This document shows, piece after piece, positions 29,231 through 42,093 of a stretch of DNA of 64,000 nt (position 1 is its first letter; each line of letters opens with the position of its first letter). The notes beneath the pieces are model-generated. The model was not told the origin of the DNA and ran no database searches. It worked only from the letters and a program-made list of their open reading frames with translations. A program made the translations under genes and the position numbers. This DNA is from an uncultured Gemmatimonadales bacterium (lineage in GTDB: Bacteria > Gemmatimonadota > Gemmatimonadetes > Gemmatimonadales > Gemmatimonadaceae): the NCBI GenBank assembly GCA_963851265.1, contig CAWKNZ010000009.1:128001-192000 (forward strand), in the 5' to 3' direction.

Positions 29231-30730
29231 TCACCGGTGCAGCGGGCTTCCGGCCTTCCACACCGGCGCGGCGTCCTGCCCCGCCACGCGCGCTACGAGC
29301 GCGTAGTAGAACCGGTTGAAGTCCGCCGCCGCCTTCCAGTCGATCCGCTGCTGGAGGTCGTCTTTCGGCGTGTGGTATCCCTCGCGGTACCACTGGCGGT
29401 AGATGCGCTCGCTCTCCGTCCCGGGGCGGTAGCCGAACACGAAGTTCGTCGCCGGAATCCCCGCCTGGAGGAACGGCCAGTGGTCGGAGCGCTGCAGGAG
29501 GCCCCGCTCGGGCTCGGGGTCGCGCTGCACGGCGATCCCGAGCGACTCCGCCACGGCGCGCGCGTCGTCTCCCAGACTCGTGTCGTCCAGGCCGTGCACG
29601 GTGAGAAGCTCCAGAGGGAAGAGCGGGCGGAGCTGGTCGAGGTTGATGTCTCCGGCGATCCGCGCGCGCGGTACGGGCGGGTGCGCGACGAACCACCGAG
29701 AGCCGAGGAGGCCCTTCTCCTCGCCCGTGACGATCGCGACGATCACGGGGCGTCGGAAGCCCTGCCCGTGGCGCCGCTCGAGGACGCGGACGATGAGGGC
29801 GACGTACGCCGCGTCGTCGAGCGTTCCGTTGTAGAGCGAGTCGCCGTCCACCGCCGTCCCATAGCCATAGCCGTCGAGGTGCGCGGTGAGGACGATCGCC
29901 TGGTCGGCCTTCGTCGGGTCGGTGCCCGGGAGCATGCCGACGACGTTAGGCGAGCGCAGCGTCCGCCGCGCCGTCGAGAACGTCGCGCGCAGGCGGTCGC
30001 GCAGGTCGAAGGCGGGCAGGGGTCGCCCGGCGCTCCCCGCGGCGACGAGGGAGTCGGCGTTCGGCCCGCTCCCCCCGAGCACCGTCCGAAGCGCTCCGGC
30101 GCGCAGCGAGAGGGTGACGAACCCGGGGTCGCGAGCCGGAGGTGTCGGCGTCCCGCCGGCCAGCGTGACGCTCCGCGCGTAGGCCGCCGGCCAGCGCGGC
30201 GGCTCCACGGTGAAGCCCGGGTCGGCGATCGCGATCATCCCGGCCGCCCCCGCCTGCTGCAGCGCGGCCCGCCGCTGCTCGTCGTTAGGCAATCCGGGTC
30301 GCCGCGTGGCGTGGCAGATCACCAGCTTCCCGCGCACGTCGCCCAGCGCGTCGGCCCCGCAGTAGCCGCGGTAGGCGAGCGCGCCTTCGAGCGTCGCCGG
30401 TGCTGCCTGCGCGCGCAGGGTGACGTCGTACAGGAAGCGGAGGGACCGGCCGCCGACGTCGAGGTGCGCGCCGGTGACGGCCACCTCTTCCATCGGCACC
30501 GACTGGTACCACGACCCGTCGTCCCCGAGCGGCTTCACCCCCGCCGCAGCGAGCCACCGAGCGACGTGCCGCGCGGCGTGCTCGTGCCCGCGCGACCCGG
30601 TGTCGCGCCCCTCCATGGAGTCGGCGGAGAGGACCGTGGTCCGCTGCCACCACGCGCGCGTGTCGGCGTCGGTGGGGCCACCCGGAGGCGTCTGGAGGAG
30701 CGCGAGAACGGAGAGAACGACGGCGAGCAT
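29231..30730 (-). CDS. M28 family metallopeptidase (secreted)
   Basis: TAHLDG, NGTLDDA, GEEKGLLGS, RSDH, YHTP. Confidence 0.9.
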   Translation of the reverse strand: MLAVVLSVLALLQTPPGGPTDADTRAWWQRTTVLSADSMEGRDTGSRGHEHAARHVARWLAAAGVKPLGDDGSWYQSVPMEEVAVTGAHLDVGGRSLRFLYDVTLRAQAAPATLEGALAYRGYCGADALGDVRGKLVICHATRRPGLPNDEQRRAALQQAGAAGMIAIADPGFTVEPPRWPAAYARSVTLAGGTPTPPARDPGFVTLSLRAGALRTVLGGSGPNADSLVAAGSAGRPLPAFDLRDRLRATFSTARRTLRSPNVVGMLPGTDPTKADQAIVLTAHLDGYGYGTAVDGDSLYNGTLDDAAYVALIVRVLERRHGQGFRRPVIVAIVTGEEKGLLGSRWFVAHPPVPRARIAGDINLDQLRPLFPLELLTVHGLDDTSLGDDARAVAESLGIAVQRDPEPERGLLQRSDHWPFLQAGIPATNFVFGYRPGTESERIYRQWYREGYHTPKDDLQQRIDWKAAADFNRFYYALVARVAGQDAAPVWKAGSPLHR

Positions 30731-31049
30731 GACGCGAAGACGGGGGAGCGGAGCGGGAGCACGAACGAGGGCGGTACACTGCCCCACGCACCCGCGCGCG
30801 GCAAGGGAGCGCGCAGGGCCGTGCACCAACGCCTGTCGGTCGTCCGGGCGACGGTGCCGCCGCACACGGTCGGGCCTGTGGCCACGAGAGTCGCCGCGTC
30901 GCGCGGGCGTGGAGGGTAGGCTGGCGCGCGCGCCGGTACGATCCCATCGTAGCGCGCCGGTCGCGGGACGTCGTCGTACCAGCGTCCGGGGCCGGGCGCG
31001 CCGCGCAGCAGCCTGCCGGCCGAGCCTCCACCCCGTGCAGGGTCCGTCC

Positions 31050-32024
31050 ATGCCATCGCTCCCGACCACCCCCCTCCGCCCGCACAGCCCGCCCCGTGTC
31101 CGGGCCGGCCGCGCCGCGCCCGCCACGATCAGTCTCGCGGGCCTCCTCACCGTCAGCGTCTGCGCCGCCCGCGCGCAGGGCCAGGTGCCGGCCCCGCGCC
31201 GCTACACCGTCGTCCCGCTCGACGTCCCCGGCGCGGTCGTCACGGTGGCGCACGGCATCAACGCCGCCGGGCAGGTCGTCGGGACGTACAGCGACTCGGC
31301 GTACGGCGCGCACGGGTTCCTGTGGGGCGGCGCGGGCGCCGGCGCGGTCACCCGGCTCGACGCGCCGGGCGCGGTCGGGGCGACGGTGGCGCGCGGGATC
31401 ACGGACGCCGGGCAGGTCGTCGGCTTCTACAAGGACGCGGCGCGCCATGCCCACGGCTTCCTGTATCGCGCAGGCGTGTTCACTCCGCTCGACGCCCCGG
31501 GCGCGGTGGACACGTACGCGGAAGGGATCGACGCCGCGGGCGAGGTCGTCGGGTGGTACAACTTCTCCGACTCGACCAGCGCGTCGGGCGGTGTCCGCGC
31601 CTTCCGCTACGCCGGGGGGACGTTCACGCCGCTCGACCTCCCCGGTGCGGGCCTCCTCGGGGCGACGGGACTCACCACCGGCGGGCAGATCGTCGGGTTC
31701 TACGGCGACTCGTCGCGCGAGCTCCACGGCTTCCTTGAGGGCGCGGGCGCGTTCCGGGTGCTCGATGTGCCGGGTACTACCCACGGGACGTTCCCGGAGG
31801 GCGTCAACGCCGCCGGGCAGGTCGTCGGGACGTACACCGACACGTTGGGCCGCCACGGGTTCGTCTACGCCGAAGGCGCGTTCCTGCCGCTCGACGCCCC
31901 GGGCGCGCGGCTCGGGCCGCGCAGCGGGACGTCGGCGCACGGAGTCAACGCCGCCGGGCAGGTCGTCGGGGACTACTTCGACGGGGCGCACATGCACGGA
32001 TTCGTCGCGACCCCGCGGCGGTGA
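31050..32024 (+). CDS. Secreted HAF-repeat (beta-propeller-like) protein
   Basis: About six repeats of LD(V/A)PG...A.GI(N/T/D)AAGQVVG.Y...HGF; signal peptide. Confidence 0.85.
   Translation: MPSLPTTPLRPHSPPRVRAGRAAPATISLAGLLTVSVCAARAQGQVPAPRRYTVVPLDVPGAVVTVAHGINAAGQVVGTYSDSAYGAHGFLWGGAGAGAVTRLDAPGAVGATVARGITDAGQVVGFYKDAARHAHGFLYRAGVFTPLDAPGAVDTYAEGIDAAGEVVGWYNFSDSTSASGGVRAFRYAGGTFTPLDLPGAGLLGATGLTTGGQIVGFYGDSSRELHGFLEGAGAFRVLDVPGTTHGTFPEGVNAAGQVVGTYTDTLGRHGFVYAEGAFLPLDAPGARLGPRSGTSAHGVNAAGQVVGDYFDGAHMHGFVATPRR
31258..31970 (+). repeat. Intragenic 26-bp exact repeats TCAACGCCGCCGGGCAGGTCGTCGGG
   Basis: Copies start at 31258, 31804 and 31945 and encode NAAGQVVG. Confidence 0.85.
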
Positions 32025-32552
32025 CGTCGCGCCGGATCGGGACCGAGTGCCTGGCGAAGCACGCCGGCCTGCATGCGCCGCGGGTCGCCGCGGCCACACA
32101 GCCTCGTGATGGTCGTCGCCACAGGCCGCGGCCACGGCAGGCGCGCTGCCGTGCGCGCCGACACAGGTGCGACACGCCGCCGACCTCGCGACAACCGCCT
32201 GACGTTCGTGCGCGCCGCCGTGCCTGACCTGGCCGAGCTGGCCCGGCTCGTCGAGCGGCTGGGCCGGCTGGCAGGCTGACGCCCGGGCGTGCGATCCGGC
32301 CCTACGCCGCGCACCTGCGAGTCGTTCCGACCCTGAGCGCCGGCAGTACCGGCGGGCACGCGGATGGCGTCCGCTCGGGGGCGTTACTCGGACGCGCCGC
32401 GCGGGTTGCCATGGCTCGCCATGCGCCTCACGCGAGCAAGCGCGAGATCTCGTTGCGGTCTCAAAACGGTCGCACTCCCGGGCTCGCCCCCCCGGGCTCA
32501 CAGCCCGCGCTCGGGCGCTCCGACGGGACCCGTCCGGTGTTCCGGGCGCGTA

Positions 32553-32596
32553 TACGAACTTTACGGACTTGACGGGCTGACCGTGTGCGGCATCTT
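32553..32596 (+). promoter_or_regulatory. Promoter/operator of the RES toxin-antitoxin pair
   Basis: TTGACG (32569) and CATCTT (32591); three tandem 9-mers TACGAACTT/TACGGACTT/GACGGGCTG overlap the -35. Confidence 0.55.
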
Positions 32597-32602
32597 TCAC
32601 GC

Positions 32603-33319
32603 ATGCCCGCCCCTGCGAAGTCGAATCCCGCTGCTGGCCGTCCCACCACCCCGGCCGGCGCCTCGGCGCGGGGGCGCGCGTCCCGGACGCCGGACGCACC
32701 CCCGCGGACCCTGCTCCGGCTCTATCGGGATGCGGTTCGGCGGAGCCGGGCAGCCGGGCGGCCGGTGAGCGTGCGCTTCATCGTCGACCCGACTGGCGCG
32801 GCGGCGGTTGACCGGTCCTCCCGGGCCGACGAGGCGCCCCGGCCGGCGTCCCCGCCGACAGGACCGACCGCCGCGGTCGAGGCGTACCCGGTCGAACCAG
32901 CGGCCGAGCCGGACGCGGCGCTACGGAGCGCGCTCGACGCCGCGCGTGCGAGGGGGGAGCGGCGCGCCGCCGAGATCCTGGCCGGCGCCGACATGCTCAG
33001 CGCCGACCAGTTCGCGAAGCTGCTCGGGACGTCGCGCGTGACGGTGAACACGCGGCGGCAGCGCCGGGAGGTGCTCGCGCTCGACGGCGCGAAGCGCGGC
33101 TTCCGCTTCCCGGCGTGGCAGATCGATCGCGAGGGCAAGCCGTTCGCGGCACTCCCGGCCCTTTATGACCGACTCGGCGGCAGCGCGTGGGCGGTCTACC
33201 GCTTCCTCGTGCAGCCGCACCCCGAGCTCGACGGGCTCACCGGGCGCGAGGCGCTCGCGCGGGGCCGGGCCGCGCAGGCCGTCGCGGCCGCGGAGAGCGT
33301 CGGGCGCGACTTCCGATAA
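32603..33319 (+). CDS. Antitoxin of Xre/MbcA/ParS type
   Basis: HTH (SADQFAKLLGTSRVTVNTRR), FRFPAWQ, FLVQPHPELDGLTGREAL; directly upstream of the RES gene. Confidence 0.8.
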   Translation: MPAPAKSNPAAGRPTTPAGASARGRASRTPDAPPRTLLRLYRDAVRRSRAAGRPVSVRFIVDPTGAAAVDRSSRADEAPRPASPPTGPTAAVEAYPVEPAAEPDAALRSALDAARARGERRAAEILAGADMLSADQFAKLLGTSRVTVNTRRQRREVLALDGAKRGFRFPAWQIDREGKPFAALPALYDRLGGSAWAVYRFLVQPHPELDGLTGREALARGRAAQAVAAAESVGRDFR

Positions 33320-33374
33320 GCACGGCGAGCCCGCGCGCCTGGGCCCTGGGTTGGTCGCCAGCGTGACGCCCTGA

Positions 33375-33983
33375 ATGGCGGGCCCGCGGCCCACCGCGGC
33401 GTTCGCCCGGGTGCCGCTCGAGATCGCGACGGGGCCGGTCGGGGTGCGGTTCGGCCGTATCTACCTCGACCGCTACCCCGACCCGCTCGGGTATGGCAAG
33501 GCGCCGAGCCGCTTCAGCGACCCGCGCCGGCGTGTCGCGGCGCATCGGTTCGGGGTGCTCTACCTGGGCGAGAGCCTGCACGTGTGCTTCGCGGAGGCCG
33601 TGCTGCGCGACCGGCGCGACGGCGCGGTCGGGGACCTCCCCGTCGAGGAGGCAGAACTGCGTGCGCGGCGCTACGCGACGCTTGCCGTGGCCGCCCCGCT
33701 GCGGCTGGTCGACCTGCGTGAGAGCTGCGCGCTCCGCATGGGCGTACCGACGGACGTGGCACGTGCCGCGCGGCAGTCGCTCGCGCGGGCGTGGTCGGCG
33801 GCGTTCTACGCGCACCCCGCGCAGCCCGACGGTGTGATCTACCCGTCGCGCCTGACGGGGCAGACGAACGTGGCGGTGTACGATCGCGCAGTCCCCAAAC
33901 TCGCGGTCGCGCGGGTACAGCAGCTGCTCGGGGCCGCGGGCCTGGCGGACGTGCTCACCAACCTCAGAGTCGCGCTCGTCTGA
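33375..33983 (+). CDS. RES-domain toxin (NAD+ phosphorylase family)
   Basis: SRFSDP, VLYLG, CFAEAVLR, DGVIYPSR, NVAVYDR. Confidence 0.88.
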   Translation: MAGPRPTAAFARVPLEIATGPVGVRFGRIYLDRYPDPLGYGKAPSRFSDPRRRVAAHRFGVLYLGESLHVCFAEAVLRDRRDGAVGDLPVEEAELRARRYATLAVAAPLRLVDLRESCALRMGVPTDVARAARQSLARAWSAAFYAHPAQPDGVIYPSRLTGQTNVAVYDRAVPKLAVARVQQLLGAAGLADVLTNLRVALV

Positions 33984-34007
33984 CCCACCCCGCTGCGACC
34001 GGGTGCA

Positions 34008-36041
<2,034 letters not shown>

Positions 36042-36154
36042 GCGTGATCTCGGCGGGTGGGGAATCCACTCGGCGGCCGGCGGCCGCGGGGGCACGGCGG
36101 CTCGCCGCGTGCTCTGTACGTTGCTGTTCCGGCACGTGTACCGACAAGGATCGC

Positions 36155-36221
36155 CGGCCTTCTCGACTCCGTCCGCGGCGAGCACGGCGATCCGGATCCC
36201 GTCGAGTGGCTTCTCGAACAT
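36155..36221 (-). pseudogene. N-terminal fragment of a PfpI/DJ-1 family protein, in frame with the kinase
   Basis: AGGAGG SD, then MFEKPLDGIRIAVLAADGVEK; similarity stops after about 21 aa. Confidence 0.6.
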
Positions 36222-37040
36222 CGCGCTGGCCCTCCTGGCGCTCGCGCGCCGACGTGCTCGGCCCTTGCCGCTGCTCGCCCCCGCCGCCGGCGCGCCGACG
36301 GGGACCGAGCGTTCGCCGCGGGGCCGCACGCAGTCTGCTCGCGGGGTCCGGGCGCGTCCATCAGAAGCGCGCGAACCCACACTTCCCGAACACCCGACAC
36401 GGGCCCGGCGGTAGACGTGGCGGCGACGATGGCCGCCGCCGCGCTCTCGGCCTTGCCAATGACCGCGGTGACCGAGGTGGCGCAGATTCATGCCAGTTCG
36501 CGGCGAACTCGTCGTCGGTCATCTCCTCGGCCGCTCTCCGCCCCCCTTTCGCGTACGGCTACTGGCCGACGCACCATCACCCCGCCCTCGCCCGTGGCGC
36601 TCAGGCCGCACACGGTGCAGGAAATCGTCCACGGGCGGGCCCACTCAGCCGTGGACCGGGCCAAGCGCCTCCTGCTGACGACCACAGCTTCGGGCCTCGT
36701 AGCCTCATGGAGCGGGAACGCACGTGGGCCGGCGCCCGCGCGTGGACACCCACGCGAGCTCGTCGTTTGCCGGGTGCTCAGCGCCCGTTTCGATCGCGGT
36801 ATCGGTGCCTAACGGTGAGACGCCGCTCGGATCTCGAACGCTGATGCGATGTTAGTACGCATCTCGTCAGTGTTCGAGCCGTCGCACGACGGCCTGACCC
36901 CCCAGACCCGGCCGCGCCCCACCCCTCGTCGGCGCGCCGGCACCGCCGCGGAATGGGGCGTGCGAACGACCGTCCAGCGTGCACACCCGTCGGCCGACGG
37001 TCGTGCTCGTTCGGGCCCACGTTTCCGGAGCATCTTCGTC

Positions 37041-38045
37041 ATGGCATCGCCGCGCTACCGTCCCCCGCACGACTTCGGCCTCGGCGGAGTCGCGATCGGC
37101 AACGAGTTCGAGTTCGCGACCGACGAGCAGGCGGAGGCGACGCTCGCCGCCGCCTGGGACGCGGGGGTCCGCTACTTCGACGTCTCGCCCTGGTACGGGC
37201 TCGGGCTCGCGGAGCGGCGCTTCGGGCGCTTCCTCGCGCGCAAACCGCGCCACGAGTTCGTGATCTCGTCCAAGGTCGGCAAGCTCCTCCACGCGAGCCG
37301 CGGCAACCGGGCGAAGGAGTACTTCCCGTTCACCACCTCGCCCAACACGCCGTCGTTCGACTACTCGGCCGACGGCGTGCGGCGCTCGATCGAGGATAGC
37401 CTGCAGCGGCTCGGGCTCGACCGGCTCGACATCGTCTTCGTCCACGACCTGTCGCCAGACAACGCGTACCTGCCCGAGGACTGGAACGCGCTGTGGCCGG
37501 TCGCCGAGCGCGGCGCGTTCCCGACGTTGACGCGGCTGCGCGAGGAGGGGGTGATCGACGCGTGGGGGATGGGGGTGAACCGCCCGGAGCCGATCCTGCG
37601 ATGCCTGGAGGTGGCCGACAGCGACGTGCACCTGCTCGCCAGCCAGTACTCGCTGGTGGACCACGCGAACGCCGTCGAGCAGGTGTTCCCCCGCGCGCGC
37701 GAGGCCGGGGTGAGCTTCGTCGTCGGCTCGGCGCTCAACGCCGGCTTCCTCGGAGGCGCGTCGCGCTACAACTACGGCGACGAGAACACGCTGATCGCGA
37801 ACGATAAGCGCGAGCGACGCGCGGCCCTGTGGGCGACCGCCGCCCGGCACGGGGTCGACCTGGTCGCGGCGGCGCTCCAGTTCAGCAAGGCGCCCGACGT
37901 CGCCGCGGCGCTGATCGTCGGCGCGGCGCGCCCCGAGCACATCCTGGCGGACCACGCGGCGCTCCGGGCCAAGATTCCGCCGGCGTTCTGGGAAGAGCTG
38001 CGAGCGGCGGGAATCCTGCACCCCGACGCCGCCGTGCCGGCGTAG
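37041..38045 (+). CDS. Aldo/keto reductase
   Basis: FGLGG, YFDVSPWYGLGLAE, SSKVG, SLQRLGLDRLDIVFVHD. Confidence 0.92.
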   Translation: MASPRYRPPHDFGLGGVAIGNEFEFATDEQAEATLAAAWDAGVRYFDVSPWYGLGLAERRFGRFLARKPRHEFVISSKVGKLLHASRGNRAKEYFPFTTSPNTPSFDYSADGVRRSIEDSLQRLGLDRLDIVFVHDLSPDNAYLPEDWNALWPVAERGAFPTLTRLREEGVIDAWGMGVNRPEPILRCLEVADSDVHLLASQYSLVDHANAVEQVFPRAREAGVSFVVGSALNAGFLGGASRYNYGDENTLIANDKRERRAALWATAARHGVDLVAAALQFSKAPDVAAALIVGAARPEHILADHAALRAKIPPAFWEELRAAGILHPDAAVPA

Positions 38046-38458
38046 CCGCACCACCGGGCGCGCACGCCGCGACCCACGCGCCGCGACCCACGCGCCGCGT
38101 GCACCGCGCGAGTCGGGCGGTGAAGAGGAGCTCGGCGTGGGGCGTCGCAGGCCAGAACCCGGGCAGCGGCCGTTCCGCAAGTCGCACCCCCCGAGGACGG
38201 CCCGGGGACGCGCGCGTCCGCCCGGCGTGCTCCGTGTGTTAGGCGCTGCCCGCGAACAGGCTCAGCACCCGCCAATGCGGCCCGTGCTCGGAGCCGGCGG
38301 CGGGCCGACCCTGACGCGCACACCCGTCCCTCGCGCGAACGCCGGCGAAGTCGCGCCTGCTGCCGTGACGGGCACGGGCCAGTCCGCGCTTGCGAACCGC
38401 AACGCCGCCGGTATCGTGACGCGGTCGGCGTCATCGGGCCGACCGACGACTCACACGC

Positions 38459-40843
38459 GTGGAGGCTTCCGTGTTCCCCCTCGACCGCTCCCCATGGGCG
38501 CTGGTGCGCCGCGCGGTGCGCCTCGCCGCCGCCCTTGCGGGCCTGCTCGCGGCGGAACGGGTGGCCCGCGCGCAAGCGGGTGCCGCCGCGCCGCCGACCG
38601 ATCCGACGCGCGTCACGCTCGATCGGCTCTTCGCCTCTCGCGACTTCGCGCCGCAGCCGTCGCACGGCCGGCGGTGGCTCGCCGACGGAGCCGGGTACAC
38701 AAGTCTGGAGCCGGCGTCGGGCGCGGCTGCCGGCCGCGACCTCGTGCGCTACGATGCCGCGACGGGGCAGCGGACGGTGCTCGTGCCCGCGGCGCGGCTC
38801 GTGCCCCCCGGCGCGGCGACCCCGGTCGCCGTGGAGGACTACGCGTGGTCGGCCGAGGGCGCGCGGCTTCTGGTGTTCACCAACTCGCAGCGGGTCTGGC
38901 GGCAGAACACGCGCGGGGACTACTGGGTGGTCGACGTCGCGGGCGGGCCGATGCGGAAGCTCGGCGGTGACGCGGCACCCTCGACACTCATGTTCGCCAA
39001 GTTCTCGCCCGACGGCCGCCGCGTCGCGTACGTCCGCGACCACGACCTGTACGTCGAAACGTTAGGCGATGGTCGCATCGCCCGCCTCACGACCGACGGC
39101 TCGCGGACGACGATCAACGGCACCTTCGACTGGGTGTACGAGGAAGAGCTGAACCTCCGCGACGGCTTCCGCTGGAGCCCCGACGGGACGCGCCTCGCGT
39201 ACTGGCAACTCGACGCGCGCGGGGTGCGCGACTACCTGCTGATCGACGACACCGACTCGCTCTACTCGGTCGCCACGCCCGTCCAGTATCCGAAGGCCGG
39301 GTCCACCAACTCGGCCGCGCGCGTGGGCGTGGTCGACGCGGCGGGTGGCGCGACCCGCTGGCTCGCGGTGCCGGGCGACCCGCGCAACAACTACATCGCG
39401 CGGCTCGAGTGGGCGGCGAACTCCGACGAGCTGGTCCTGCAGCATCTCAACCGGCGCCAGAACACGAACGAGGTCATGCTCGGCGACGCGCGCACCGGGC
39501 AGGTGCGCACCGTGCTCACCGAGCGCGACAGCGCGTGGGTCGACGTGGTCGACGACGTGCGGTGGCTCGACGGCGGACGGCGCTTCACCTGGGTCAGCGA
39601 GCGCGACGGGTGGCGACACCTCTACACGGTCTCGCGCGACGGCGCGGCGACGCGGCTCGTGACGCCGGGCGCGATGGACCTCGACAATCCCGCGAGCGCG
39701 TTCGGCGAGCGGCTGGTCGTCGGCGTCGACAGCGCGGCCGGCACGTTCTACTTCACGGCGTCCCCGGCGAACGCGACGCAGCTGTACCTCTACACCGCGC
39801 GCCTCGACGGGCGCGGCGCGCCGCGGCGCGTGACGCCGGCCGACCAACCGGGCACGCACACCTACGTCATCGCGCCGAACGGACGGTGGGCGTTCCACAC
39901 GACCTCGGCGTTCGGCACGCCGCCCGTGACGGAGCTCGTGCGCCTGCCGGGCCACGAAGTCGTGCGCACGCTCACGGACAACGCCGCGCTCCGAACCGCA
40001 GTGACCGCGCTCCAGCGCCGTCCGGTCGAGTTCTTCCGCGTGAGCCCCGAGCCGGGCGTCACGCTCGACGGCTGGATGATGACGCCGCCGGACTTCGATC
40101 CGGCCAAGCGCTACCCGGTGCTCTTCACGGTCTACGGCGAACCCGCCGCGCAGACCGTGCTCGACGCCTGGGCGGGGGCGGGGTATCTCTGGCACCTCAT
40201 GCTCACGCAGCAGGGCTACATCGTGGCGAGCGTCGACAACCGCGGGGCGCCGGCGCCGCGCGGCCGCGCGTTCCGCAAGGCGATCTACGGACAGATCGGC
40301 GTGCTGAACGCGCGGGACCAGGCCGGCGCCGTCGCGGCGCTGCTGCGCCAGCGCCCCTACCTCGATCCGACGCGCGTCGGCGTGTGGGGGTGGAGCGGCG
40401 GCGGGGCGTCGACGCTCAACCTCCTGTTCCGTTATCCCGCGGTGTACCGCATGGGGATGGCCGTGGCGCCGGTGAGCGATCCGCGCTACTACGACACGAT
40501 CTACGAGGAGCGCTACATGGGGCTCCCGCAGGACGACTCGGCGCGGTACCGCCAAGCCGCGGCGGTGACGTTCGCGTCCGGGCTCCGCGGCGACCTGCTG
40601 CTCGTGCACGGTACGGGCGACGACAACGTGCACTTCCAGAACAGCGAGGCGGTGATCAACGCGCTCGTGGCGGCGAACAAGCCGTTCACGATGATGGCGT
40701 ACCCGAACCGGACGCACTGCATCTGCGAGGGGGACAACACGTCGCGCCACGTCTTCGAACTGCTGACGCGCTACCTGCACGAGCACCTGCCTGCGGGGGC
40801 GACCGTCGCCGCGGTCACCAGGCCTGCCGAGGGGGCGCGGTAG
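38459..40843 (+). CDS. Dipeptidyl peptidase IV (S9B)
   Basis: NGTFDWVYEEE, YPKAG, GWSGGG, HGTGDDNVH, RTH; start 38459 or 38471. Confidence 0.95.
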   Translation: MEASVFPLDRSPWALVRRAVRLAAALAGLLAAERVARAQAGAAAPPTDPTRVTLDRLFASRDFAPQPSHGRRWLADGAGYTSLEPASGAAAGRDLVRYDAATGQRTVLVPAARLVPPGAATPVAVEDYAWSAEGARLLVFTNSQRVWRQNTRGDYWVVDVAGGPMRKLGGDAAPSTLMFAKFSPDGRRVAYVRDHDLYVETLGDGRIARLTTDGSRTTINGTFDWVYEEELNLRDGFRWSPDGTRLAYWQLDARGVRDYLLIDDTDSLYSVATPVQYPKAGSTNSAARVGVVDAAGGATRWLAVPGDPRNNYIARLEWAANSDELVLQHLNRRQNTNEVMLGDARTGQVRTVLTERDSAWVDVVDDVRWLDGGRRFTWVSERDGWRHLYTVSRDGAATRLVTPGAMDLDNPASAFGERLVVGVDSAAGTFYFTASPANATQLYLYTARLDGRGAPRRVTPADQPGTHTYVIAPNGRWAFHTTSAFGTPPVTELVRLPGHEVVRTLTDNAALRTAVTALQRRPVEFFRVSPEPGVTLDGWMMTPPDFDPAKRYPVLFTVYGEPAAQTVLDAWAGAGYLWHLMLTQQGYIVASVDNRGAPAPRGRAFRKAIYGQIGVLNARDQAGAVAALLRQRPYLDPTRVGVWGWSGGGASTLNLLFRYPAVYRMGMAVAPVSDPRYYDTIYEERYMGLPQDDSARYRQAAAVTFASGLRGDLLLVHGTGDDNVHFQNSEAVINALVAANKPFTMMAYPNRTHCICEGDNTSRHVFELLTRYLHEHLPAGATVAAVTRPAEGAR

Positions 40844-41320
40844 CGCGCGGGGAGCGGCACCGGCATCGAACGGCAGGGGCACCCCGCCTGGCACCTGCCG
40901 CCAAACCGCGTCCCGGAACGACGCGTGCGGGCCCCCCAAGCCGACGTCGGCCGATACGGGCGAGTGGCGAACGCCGAATCGGACACCAGCATCGGGCCGA
41001 TTCTGAGACGTTAGGCGGCAGCATACTAGAACGCGTCGCACGAGCCGTCGCACCAGCACGCGTCCCGAAATGCTCGGCGCGTGGGGCGGCGCGACGGCCG
41101 GCGCGGAAACGGCCAAGTTCTCGGTGTCTCAGCCGAGTTGTATCGAGCCGTGCGGGGACACCATTCGTCCAGCGTGATTGGCGGGCTATCCGCCCGGCGA
41201 CCGATGAGAATTGGCGAGGGCGGCGGTCTGTCGGGTTGATTCACGGGCACGCCCCACGCGCCCCACGCGGCGCCCCGCGGCCGCGTGTCTCCGCGCCCAC
41301 CCTTCCGGCTCCGTTCCCAC

Positions 41321-41740
41321 ATGCCGAGCACGCCGATCACCGTCGAGACCACCGTCGCCGCACCCGTGGACCGCGTCTGGCGCGCCTACACCACCCCCGA
41401 GGCGATCATCCGGTGGAACGCCGCGTCGGACGACTGGCACACCACCGCCGCCGCGGTCGACCTGCGCCCCGGCGGCGCGTTCTCGTCGCGCATGGAGGCG
41501 AAGGACGGGAGCGCGGGCTTCGACTTCGCGGGTACCTACACCGGCGTCGTTGAACACGAGCGGATTGCCTACACGTTCGGCGACCGGAACGCCGAGGTCG
41601 CGTTCCGCGCCACGCCGGGCGGGACCGTCGTGCGCGTGACGTTCGACGCCGAGGCGACGCACACGACGGATCAGCAGCGGCAGGGCTGGCAGGCGATCCT
41701 GGACAACTTCCGGCAGTACGTCGAGGGCGAGGGACGCTGA
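41321..41740 (+). CDS. SRPBCC/AHSA1-family protein
   Basis: VWRAYTTPE..RWN.ASDDWH, DLRPGG, MEAKDGS.GFDF, GWQAILDNF. Confidence 0.9.
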   Translation: MPSTPITVETTVAAPVDRVWRAYTTPEAIIRWNAASDDWHTTAAAVDLRPGGAFSSRMEAKDGSAGFDFAGTYTGVVEHERIAYTFGDRNAEVAFRATPGGTVVRVTFDAEATHTTDQQRQGWQAILDNFRQYVEGEGR

Positions 41741-42093
41741 GTTCCGCGACGAACCCGCGTCGGGCCATCACGGTCGGTTCTGCGCCCGAGACGCCCGAGG
41801 GCTCGGAACGCGTTACACGACCGGTCTCGCACCGCGATGGGTCAGGGTGCAAGATCGCCGTGCGTTGCCGAGCCGCGGGCGGTCGCATCGCCCGAACGCA
41901 CGCGTTCAGGACGTCTCAGTCCAGCGTGACCCGAGCGCCGCGCCCCGCTGACTCACGAACCGCCGCCTCGCTGGCGCGTCCGCGCCGGCGCCGTAGGTTG
42001 CCCGGAGGGTCTCGGACGGCCTCTCGCCACCAGGCAGCGAACCCCCGCGCCGGTGCGAGGAGGGACAGATCCCACACCCCGCCACGCAGGAGC

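Noticed and set aside
31258..31970. Spaced 26-bp direct repeats resembling a CRISPR array
   Set aside because: In-frame HAF protein repeats with irregular long spacing; no cas genes.
32100..32279. Possible Lrp/AsnC C-terminal remnant (VPDLAELARLVERL)
   Set aside because: Too short to support.
36400..36810. Protein-like scraps on both strands
   Set aside because: No coherent ORF or recognisable family.
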